Both the position numbers and the translations under genes were made by a program. This document shows positions 52,198 through 64,000 of a stretch of 64,000 nt of DNA, in pieces. The stretch comes from the human T2T-CHM13v2.0 reference genome, Homo sapiens. The notes beneath the pieces are model-generated. The model saw only the letters and a list, made by a program, of their open reading frames with translations, was not told where the DNA came from and did not search any database. Where the stretch lies: NCBI RefSeq assembly GCF_009914755.1, contig NC_060933.1. The stretch is one strand, 5' to 3'. How positions within the stretch are numbered: position 1 is the stretch's first letter; every line of letters begins with the position of its first letter.

Positions 52198-52794
52198 CAG
52201 TTGGCCTATATAGAGGCTACAAAAAATATGCTGAAACAGGCTCCTGACTAAACAATTAGAGGGAATGGTGGTTATAAAGCCAAATCATGGCCCTACCTGG
52301 CAGAGACACAAAAGTTAACCTGGAGAAGTCGTCTCCTTACTTCTGAACAGGTGTCCCATTGAGAGGTGAAGAAATCCTCAAATAGAGGGAGGAGATCCTT
52401 GACCTGGACTACTACACTGAGCACTGAGACCTCTGACCTCTGCACAGAGGCTGTTGTCATGGTATTCATGTAACCAGTTTTTCGTGCAAGCCAGCCAGAC
52501 TCTTGTGAATGGAGAGAAAGATGAAGTTCCAGAGAAAACAGACCAATAACAATTATAGGGGGAAGCAGAAGACTGAGAGTAAGGAAACCTGAGGTTCTAA
52601 TCCTGGCTTCACTTGTAACTTGCTTTGAAACCTTGGTAAGTTCCTTTTTCTTTCTGGCTCCTGTTCTCTATTTGAGGACAATAAGAACATCATTTATTGA
52701 GTATCAACTATGAATAAGATACTACCCATTTAATGAGCATTTAGTATAAATAAGATAGTGTCTCATGGGTTTAAATGTCATCTAGATGCTGTAG

Positions 52795-54018
<1,224 letters not shown>

Positions 54019-54616
54019 GGACCCAAATGCCCATTCTCCATTGATGTTTAGTAGTCATCTTGAACTTACACCCAGAACAACACTCTTTATCTTCCTCACC
54101 CAACCCTGACCTTCCCACTGCATCCCCTGACTCAGTAAATAGTAACTCAATGTGTCCCATTGTTCAGACTGAAAAATTTGGGATAATCTTTGACTCCACT
54201 CTATTTCTTGCATTCTATTCTCAGTAATAAATTCTGTTGAGGGTATACTCTTAAATGTATCCAGAATCTGATCACTGTTCACCATCTTCTTCTCTTACCT
54301 CCATGGTCCAAGCCACTACCAACTCTTGCCTAGATTAGAGTAATAGGGCCTTTGAACACCCCTGAATCAACTTACCACACAGCAGCCAGAATGGTCCTAT
54401 TCAAATGCAGGTCATAGCATGTTGCTTCTTTACTGAGAATCTCCCAAGGACTGTCCATCTTCCTCAGAGTAGAATCTGAAGTCCATATTATAGTATACAA
54501 GGCCCTGAGGACCACCATGCCCCCAAACTTCTTCTTCTCAGCTTTCTTCTCCTACTCCCCCTCTTTCTCACTCCCCATCCTGGCCCCACTACTAGTGCTA
54601 AATAAACAGCACATTA

Positions 54617-54862
54617 GGCTGGGCGTGATGGCTCACACGTGTAATCCCAGCACTTTGGGAGGCCGAGGTGGGCGGATCATGAAGTCAGGAGTTCAAGACT
54701 AGCCTGACCAACATGGTGAAAACCCCCATCTCTACTAAAAATACAAAAATTAGCGACGTGTGGTGATGCGTGCCTGTAATCCCCGCTACTCAGGAGGCTG
54801 AGGCAGGAGAATCACTTGAACCTGGGAGGCGGAGGTTGCAGTGAGTCGAGATCTCGCCACTG
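54617..54862 (+). mobile_element. AluS (Sg-like), 3'-truncated, no poly-A tail
   Basis: Starts ggctgggcgtgatggctcac and stops at 'tctcgccactg', then runs into L2-like sequence. Confidence 0.92.
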
Positions 54863-55109
54863 ACTCTTTTACCTCCTTCTGCCTGGAACACGTCCCTCGG
54901 ATATTGACATGGTTTATTCTCCCATCTTGAGGTGTGTGCTCAAATGTCATCTTCTCAGAGAGGCCTCCCCTGACCACTTTCTGTATAATGAAACTCCACC
55001 CAAACTCCCAGCTTAGCACTCCACATGCTTTGTACATCATTCTTTTCCCCTACACCGGCATCTATCATCACCTAACAGAGTCATATAATTTACCTGCTTG
55101 TTTGACCAC

Positions 55110-55315
55110 TGCAGCACTGTCCCATAGAAATTTTCAGAGTGATGAAGATATTCTATATCTATGTTGTGCAACAATGTAGCTGCTAGTGTGTGGCTATGGA
55201 ACACTTGAAATCTGGGTGGTATGACTGGGAAAATGAATGTTTACTTTTATTTAATTTCAATTAATTTAAAATAAAATGCCACATGTAGCTAGTGGCTACC
55301 ATATTCCACAGTGCA
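55110..55315. mobile_element. MER3
   Basis: 'cagcactgtcccatagaaatttt...gccacatgtagctagtggctaccatatt'. Confidence 0.85.
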
Positions 55316-55873
55316 TGTTTAGTGTCTACCCCACTAGCATGTAAGCTTCATGAGGGTGGAGATTTTGCATATTTTGATCACTGCTGTCTTCCCAATACCT
55401 AAAAATATGCCTGGCTACTAAAGAAATACCTGTTGAGTGAATTAATGAATATGCTGTGAGATTTCCACACAGCTTCTCATTCAATCCTAATGACAGTTTT
55501 GTGGGTTGGTGCTATTTTCATTCTCTTGTACTGAAAGGTAGGCAGTGTCTTGCTCAAGATCACCCAGCTAGTACCAAGAAGATAGGCTCTGAATGCAGGG
55601 ATATCTGAAGTGCAGACATTTTGCTTGTCTGGAGCTAGGCCAGATGTTCTCTGTGGTCCTTTCTTACTCTGAGAGTCTGTGGCTCTCTAAGAATTTCCCC
55701 CCTTGAAAGGCAATGGCAGCACATACATTAGTGTTTATTAGATTGATGGGCCTTCTTATTCAGCCACTTGTCAATGGCTCAGAATCCATGGTTCTTTAGG
55801 TAGAGGGAGCACAATGCCTCTTTCAACCCAGCCTCTCCCACCTTCTATCCCCATCCCGGCTCCCATGGCTCAC

Positions 55874-56041
55874 CGGTTTCTGGGTCGCAGAGCTGCTCAC
55901 AGGCATCTGTCGTCCTTTGTCCACAGAGGTCCCTCACCCATGGGGAGGTGGCATTGATCTGGTAATACAGGGAAAGCTTGGCTGGGTTTAACCAGTCGGA
56001 GATGTCCAGGTAGCTCCCTTCACTCACCACGAAGCTGCTTC
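55874..56041 (-). CDS. ASTN2: ASTN2 coding exon, 168 nt, phase 1-1 (probably exon 7)
   Basis: Minus strand reads ...ctgttcacccatag|GAAGCAGCTTC...GAAACCG|gtgagc. It encodes (G)SSFVVSEGSYLDISDWLNPAKLSLYYQINATSPWVRDLCGQRTTDACEQLCDPET(G), which I recognise as astrotactin-2, and it splices in frame to the 24549 exon. Confidence 0.97.
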
Positions 56042-58429
56042 CTATGGGTGAACAGAGAGACAGATACTTTCTTACTGATTTTAAGGTCTTAGCTGATGCT
56101 ACAGAACACAGAAAGGTGTGTACAAGCCACGTTCCCCAGGTCATCTGATCTCATTTGTCTAAGTGCACTTGCAATGTGCCCGTCATGGTGTTGCAAGCCC
56201 ATAGGGAGATAGAGGCAAATCAAACATGGGAGATAATTCAACCTAGTGATGAAAGATAGGCCCTTAGGACTGAGAGGGAAGTAGGGTCAAATTCAGAATC
56301 TGCCCTTACTAGGCATTGACTTTGGGCAAGTCACAAAGTGCCCCTGGGTCTTGGTTACTTCCTCTGTAAAGGAGAATATTAATGGAATGTACCTCATGGA
56401 GTTGATAGGGGAATGAAATAAATTCATGTAGATAAAATGCTGAGCTGGCACCTGACTTATTATAGGAAATAATGATTAAACATTAAATTTCAAAGGAAAA
56501 GAAAAAAGCTAATGTCCCTGTCACTCAGATGTCTCCTCTGGAACAGGGGTCATTGATGTCCACAGGGGCCAGGTGGCTAACATCAATAGGAAAGACTGGC
56601 TGAGTGTGAGGGAAATAGCATCCAGGCCTCCTCACCTAGCTTGTGTTGTTTGTTTTTGTTTTATTATAAGAAAGACAGAAAGATATAGAGAGACAGACTG
56701 AGATAGAGAAAACGGAGACAAAGTGAGATTTCCAAAGAAATCCCCAGCACCTCTAAGGAAAAGAGCAGCACTCACCCAAGAAAAAAATGCCCTGATGTGG
56801 CAAAACAATAGGGAGAAGGAGAAGGTGGGGTTTGGGACACAATAAACACTGTAGGCTCCATTAAAATGGAGCAGCTATGACTCAGCTCCAGCAGCTCTTG
56901 CCACATGGAACTAAAGGCTAGTGGCACTAGATCTTCAGATTTTCTTCAGGAGAAGCTAAATATTAACATTTTTATTATTATCAACCAATTTTTCAACATT
57001 TCTGATGGCTAACATTTCTTCTTGAATACTTGCGTAGGCCAATATTTGCTCTAAAATGTTCCTTATCCCACATATATGTGGAAACATACATATATTATAT
57101 AGTACTATATTACATATAAATGTATAATAATAATCTATGTAGATATTCCACATACATGCACATGTTCACACACATATACATACACACACACTTTTTTTGG
57201 GAGGCAAGAAACAGAAGCCCATTCAGGATGGCTGCATGTAAGTTGCAAATGGTGAGTGTATGCATGTATAGCAATAAAACAAAACAAAGATAGAATTTCA
57301 CAGGGGGAAAAATATGTACCCAAACAGAACCAGGCTTCACAAAGCTGGACAGGGAGCGTGAGTCTAGACTGATGGCAGATCTAGAGACTGCAGCAGCAGG
57401 AGACTTTAAATTGTATTTTATAATTAACATGACTCAGCTTCTCTCCTTGTTTCTACCTCACTGTCAAGTAAAAACAAAGAAACACATCTTTGTGTATGCA
57501 ATTCAAGTTCTCCAAAGACAGACTCAGTTAATAAGAATCATATGGGTTCTATGGAGGTCTATCTGTCAGGTCACATCTTACTCTGCTGGCTGACCTATGG
57601 TTGGACTCCTCTTGGCTCTGGTGCACAGCTGTGGTCCAATGAGCAATGGCCAGGGAGGTGGGATCACATCAGACCACACCTGGCTGTCTGAGCATCTAAG
57701 ACTGTGGGAGGAGAAGTTTCCCTGGAAATAGTAAGGGTATGATTGGCAATGATTATCTTCTCTAATTCACACACATCATATGATTTCTGTCATCCTATGC
57801 AATAAATCCCTAAGTAAAGGCACAGTGGACAACATAATTTTGGTGCAAAAGAAAGAGGGGTCTTTGTGAAGTAGGAGGAATAGACAGTATCAGGACTGAG
57901 GTAAGGAAATGACCACATTTCAAGTTGGCCCTAAAGTCCTTGGCAGCTAAAGCAAAAATGGAAGGAGTTTGTTGGATTCCATATTTCAAATTTCTGGCAG
58001 GAGAAGATATGCAAATCTATCTGCAAAGCCATATTTCCCCCCTGGAAATAAGCCCAAGCAGAAACATGTCACATGGGTCCTTGAGGAAGGCACAGAACAT
58101 CAGTACCAACTACAGATTTTTCTTTAAAAAAGCACAGTCATGCTGTTTAAATGGATAATTCTTGTATTTATTCTCACTAAAGACTGAAAGATGGATATTG
58201 AATTGTGTCCCAGGGCTGAGTTTGGTTAAACCCTCTACTTCAGGAAAGCTACACAGTGCAGTGATAAAGAGAATAGAATCAGCAAGGTAAGAGTTCATAT
58301 CCTCACTTTTTAACTTACCAGCTCTGCAAACTTGGGCAAAAAAACAAACCCTCAGTTATCATATATGAAAAGTGTGATACCAATTCCCTTTTCATAGCTT
58401 GATATAAAGATTACATAAGACAATGCATT

Positions 58430-58856
58430 TGTCTTAGGTCAGAATCATCAGAAAACAGACTCAGAGGCAGACAGGCATTCAGGATGTTTTGGGGTACATA
58501 TTCTTGTAAGAGGATGAGCAAAGTGGGATTGGGCAAAAGGAGAGGTCAAACTGACATACAGCAAATCCCTCAGCTGATCCCATGGGGAGATCTGGGGCTG
58601 GGATGGTCCTTCAGTGATGTTCCAAATCAAGACAAAGATGTCAGGACTTTCTATCCTCACATTGGCCAGTCATAAGCTGTGAGCTATCCCTGGAGAGGGG
58701 ACATAATCTTGTGTGAAGTGGTCCCTTTCAAAGGAAGGCATTTCTCAAAAAAGGACTCAGCTGAGAGTGGTCAACCATCCACATTTCTGGCAGCTGGGGA
58801 ATAAGTGCCTAGGTGCTGACTGGAAACCTGAGTGCAGCATCATGATGTCCACTACA
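58430..58856. mobile_element. ERVL-type LTR (LTR16-like)
   Basis: TG...CA bounded; 'gaaaacagactcagaggcaga', 'cctcagctgatcccatggggagatctggggctggga'. Confidence 0.5.
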
Positions 58857-59009
58857 AGCTCTGTGAAATCTCAAGGAACAGGAGCTATTTTGGTTATTAT
58901 TTTGAATTCTTATGAACTTAGAAGCTCTAAATGCAATACCAGTAAACAGATTTCTCTCAATTATGAGAAATATGGGTTTCCATGAAAGAGATTGGCTTGA
59001 AAGCAGGTA

Positions 59010-59349
59010 CAATAAATGGAAAGTTTGTGTCCTCCCAAATCCCTATGTTGAAACCTAATCCCCAATGTGGTGATATTTGGAAGTGGAGTCTTTGGGAGGT
59101 GATTACATGGGTGGAGCCCCTAAATGGGATGAGTGTCCTTATCAAAGAGACTCCAGAGAGTTCCCTCACTCCTTCCACCATGTGAGAACACAGGGAGAAG
59201 TGGCCATTTGTGAATAAGGAAATGGACCCTTATCAAACACTTAATATTTTAGCACCTTGATCTTGGAATCTGCAGTCTCCAGAACTGTAAGAAATAAATT
59301 TCTGTTGTTTATAAACCAACTGCTATAGTAGACTGAACAAACTAAGACA
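59010..59349 (+). mobile_element. MLT1A/B (MaLR) LTR
   Basis: 'tatgttgaaacctaatccccaatgtg...gcaccttgatcttgga...ccagaactgtaagaaataaatttctgttgtttataa...actaagaca'. Confidence 0.88.
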
Positions 59350-61247
59350 GCAGTTTATCCTTAATGTCTTTAAAAAGATATTATGCAGAGTTATACATTT
59401 GGTTTAATGGCAGAAGGGAGTTACTATCCTTTGAATGTCCTCTGCTCATTCGTGGCATGAATGTGATATGTATTCTGCTCATTTAATCCTTACAACAGCC
59501 TTTCAGGATAGGTATTTCTTCCAATTGAACATGAGGTTCAGAGAGAAATTGACATGGTCAAATTTGCACAACCAGTAAGTGGCCAAAGTGGAACTTAAAC
59601 CAAGATTTTTCAGCCTTCGAAGCTGGAACATTTGCCTTTCTTCAAGCTATCTTGAGGCTCAGGGGTTTTGGTCAGTTGCTTTTTATGGTCCTTTTCCTCT
59701 GTCTAGAGTAGTCTGTGAATTCCTCTTTAGTGCATATCATGTAGAGTTGGAGGGCTTTTGCTTTCTCTCATAGACCGTGATTTCCTACAGAGAAGAGGTC
59801 ATGACTCGTTAGTCCTTATCAATCCAACTCTCAGTAAAATGCCTGGCACATACTAGGACTTTAGTGAATGTCAAATGCATTAATGAAATCAGAGTTCCAT
59901 GCTTGACTAGAGGGAAGTTCAATTCACTTCATCATGGAATTGTGAAGCAGAAATGCCTCCACGTTGATCTCACAGTTTAATTTTTCCATCCTGTGAGAGC
60001 CAGAATACAAGACTAGCCCTTCAGAACCTCCCCAGTTCCAAACTAAATGTCGAACATCACTATCGTGGCTCCTGAGCTCTTATTCACCCAATGGGCTCAT
60101 GATGCATATGGCAAAAGTAGAGAGGCAGGTAGAGAAACTCAGTGACAAGGGTCAAGGGAGGTGCCATATCAGAGCCTGAAAAGAAGTAACTTTGTGCCAA
60201 ATTTAATGTAACCATTTACCCAACGTTGATTAAACTCCTTCCTGCGTAAGAAATAGACATAGAGACTAAGAAATGGGCTTAATCCATTGAGAAAGTTAGG
60301 GATAAAACAAGAGAGATCAAATATCTGCCCAGATATCTTTAATACAACCTACAGTGTGGTAAGAATTGCCTGAAAAATATAGGCATTGTCTTTGGATATA
60401 AGGGAGAGGAAAAAGGGGACTCAAAGAGGAACATTGAAGAGTTGGCCTTTAAGCTATACCTTGAAGGATGCAAAGGAGACCATGACATAATGAACTGTTT
60501 CCTCCAGAGTAAGTGGGAGTAAGTGGCCACCTGTGTGGCATTTACCCCTTAAGGCTAGACTCCATAACTGGCCTGCACTACTCTTAATCTCTTTATTATT
60601 TGCAAGGCACTCCACTCAAGTAGCACCTATATGTGCTGTGCTAGAGTGTCATTCATTCACTCAGATATGGCTATGCGCCAAGCCCTGCAGCAGGCTCTGG
60701 TTGAGTAAAATATGGCGTCTGCCTACTGAGAACTTATAGCCCAGAAAGGAAGATCAGATATGAAAAATCTAAGGCAAAGCATGACTGTCTGCTCCCCTCC
60801 CCCCATCCCTCACTTTCCTTACTTATTTGCCCATCAGATTGTGCATTTCTTGAAGGCAAAGCCCGGCTTCATTTAACTCTACAATCACTGCCATGCTTAG
60901 GGTGAAGTTGAGGTTCAGTGTGGGCATGTGAGAGAGAACAAGAGAGAAAGAGAGCACTAAGTTTAAGGAATGTCTAGCAGAGCTCTCTGAATAAATTCCA
61001 TTTATTTGGGAATACAAACTACACAGAAAAGGAATAAAAGGCACTATTCCATGTGTCTCATGTTTTTCTAGTTTTTCTTTGGACCCTTGTTTTATTTTTT
61101 GGCTTTAAATTAAAAGTGTCCTCCCCACTTTACTGACTGTTCTGAGTTCCTCTCTACACTCATATAGATCTCCCCAGAGAGCAATGACTCTGAAATAAAT
61201 CTCTGCCAAAATCTCAACTTCAAAATGTCATGTTTCCTTATTTTTAA

Positions 61248-61273
61248 ATATATATATATATATATATATATAT
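61248..61273. repeat. (TA)~12 microsatellite
   Basis: Directly visible. Confidence 0.95.
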
Positions 61274-62377
61274 TTTTCTCCCACTTACTTGTGGGAATAT
61301 ACATCATCTAATTAGCTAAATGGATTTTCAGTTCAGCCCAATCATTTCGTTATCTAGCATCTGAAGCCCAGTGTTGCTCAGGGGACTGCACGGGCACGGA
61401 GGTCCTCATTAACTCTGATCTTCAATTACATTGATTATCAGCCTGCTTCTGTAATTGTGCAGCATAGATCAGGGGTGAGCTGGGGAGCTCAGGCCACTCT
61501 GTAGCATACTCTGAAAAGCCAGAGGCACATCAGCCACCAAAGAAACAGAAGGCTACAGATGAGAACTAAAAATACCACGGAAGGAGGTATCACCAGACAA
61601 AATTGCCTGGAGAGCCAGACAGCAGCTGCAAATCCCTTTCATTACACCTCACATCATGAAATAGACCTCTGAGAACCATGGATAGATTTCAAAAGAAGGC
61701 TCTGGTCACAGTGGCAAATGGTGAGCAGAATAATGAAAGATGTGTGGCTAAAAGATGGTCTTTACAAATGAAGTGTAGAGACTGTTTTGGTCAAAAGTTT
61801 TCATTTTTATTTTCCCTCTTTCTTTGGGTAAAAATAATTAAAGATTCCCTCCCTTCTGTTACATCATGAATACCACGGGTCCTAGCTGTCTTGGACCTGG
61901 GAGAAATGTCTTCCTGGAAACAAGATGAAAGACAAACTGTGTGATGAAGCAGGAATGAAGATCATATCTACTATCAGCCCGACAGACCCAAGAAGAATGT
62001 ATCACTTTTACCCTTCTCCCAGGTCCACAGAGCCCCAAGTCAGGCTTTAATATATTCCACCACCTACCATCAACAGAAAACTATTTACGGGGTGGGTGAT
62101 AGAACTGCAAAAATGTGGTTAAAAACAAGCTTGAGGGTTTTTGAGTATGGGTAAAGGCAACCTGGATACCTGGGAGAAAACAGTCTCTGAGAGCAACCAC
62201 TCTGGAGGAACATTATCGTGGGGGTGGTTCTCCTACAAGGATCTTCAAGAGTCCTCCTCCGGTTATCTCTGTCTTCACTTCCTGACCTTCCACTCCCAGC
62301 TCTTTCCTCTGTCATCTTCTTTCCTTTTGCCTTGGATCAACCCCAGCCTTCTTCTATTCTTCTCTATGGTTCCTACT

Positions 62378-62768
62378 TGTTATGGGTTGGACTGTGTTCT
62401 GCCCCAAATTCATATGCTGCAGTTCTAACCTCTAGTGTCTCAGAATGTGACTGTCCTTGAAGACAGGGTCTTCAAAGAGGTAATTCAGGTTAAATGAGGT
62501 CATTAGGGTGGGTCCTATTTCAATACGACTGATGTCCTTATAAGAAGAGGATATTGGGGCACAGGTACACATAGAGGAATGACCATCTGAGGACACAGGG
62601 AGAGGACAGCCATCTACAAGCCAAGGAGAGAGGCCCCAGAAGAAACCAGCTCTGCTGACACCATGATCTCAAACTTCTAACCTCCAGAAATATGAGAAAA
62701 TAAATTTCTGTTGCTTAAGCAACTCAGGCTATGAAACTTTTTTCTTTATGGCAGCCCTAGCAAATTAC
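62378..62768 (+). mobile_element. MLT1B-like (MaLR) LTR
   Basis: 'tgttatgggttggactgtgttc...taaatgaggtcattagggtgggtcct...gccatctacaagccaaggagagagg...ttatggcagccctagcaaa'. Confidence 0.9.
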
Positions 62769-62784
62769 CTCTATCTTATTTCTT

Positions 62785-63198
<414 letters not shown>

Positions 63199-64000
63199 TA
63201 AAGCTTTCAAATGTATAAAACCAAATTTATAGTATAACAAATGTCATGAATAAGTGAAGCACAGTTCTATCAATGGACCCCCTGGAGGTTCATGGAGCTC
63301 AGGATAAAAACCCAAGTCTGAACTAAGCTATTTTCATCCACTCCACAGATACCAAGTCTGGTGTCTTTTCTGGTTCCAAACACTTCCAACATCACTGGAT
63401 GGACAGAGGGATTATTATAATACCCATAAAGTGTGTGAATCAGATGGAAATGACAAAGCGAAGAAAGAAGCTAAGAAAATGCTGAGATGTTCCAGTGGTT
63501 ATTTTAAGGACAGTCAACCTCTTTCTGTTAATTTTACATGAAAGTACTTTTTTTTTCATGCTCTGAAGAAGATAGCAACTTGGTTAAGATTGGGGTTTCC
63601 TTGAATCATTATACAACAGATTAGAAGTTTATGGTGTTATGCTAGTTATATATCTAATTTTACAGACTATCAGAAAAATCTGAGTCTTTCTAGTCCAGAA
63701 TCTCTCAACTTTTAATATTTTTATCAAGTGTTTTTAGACATTTTTCCTTAACCACCTCCCACCCATGAAATTTTAATACCAGAGATATATTGTATATCTG
63801 CTTATACACTGTATGTACTGTTTATATACTATGCTTTCACTGTACATAGATTAAATATTTTCACTCCCTCCCCAAGATCAATTTTTACTTCTTTGGGGAT
63901 GTTATGTCCTTATTGAGAATGTATGTTATAATCAGACCCTTTTGCAGAGATAAGGAAACTGAGGGTCAAGGCAAGGGGCAGGGGAGGTGCCCAAGATCCC

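Noticed and set aside
55845-56144. 99-aa minus-strand ORF as a standalone gene
   Set aside because: Only 55874-56041 is real (ASTN2 exon); the flanks are intron read-through.

Overview
This is primate (almost certainly human) genomic DNA lying wholly inside ASTN2 (astrotactin 2), transcribed on the minus strand. Four coding exons can be read directly with canonical AG/GT sites and matching phases: 56041-55874 (168 nt), 24549-24465 (85 nt), 23952-23878 (75 nt) and 23109-22972 (138 nt). They splice to ...GSSFVVSEGSYLDISDWLNPAKLSLYYQINATSPWVRDLCGQRTTDACEQLCDPETG|[28 protein letters not shown]|PWPYTTLERGYDLVTGEQAPEKILR|[46 protein letters not shown]... From memory these are exons 7-10 of the long isoform; I could not check that numbering. 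The rest is intron filled with Alu, L1, L2, MIR, MaLR/ERVL LTR and hAT/Tigger relics plus microsatellites. Apart from the two ORFs that read exons in frame, the supplied ORF track looks spurious. I found no new gene system. The best leads are (1) a 153-bp piece of local unique sequence copied into an MSTA LTR that is itself nested in a MER44, (2) a palindromic RE1/NRSE (REST) site, (3) a recursive-splice-site-like motif, (4) a CpG-rich RFX/PBX-HOX enhancer candidate, (5) a ~220-bp AT-rich palindrome and (6) a template-switching scar inside an Alu. Repeat subfamily names and most repeat boundaries are by eye and approximate.
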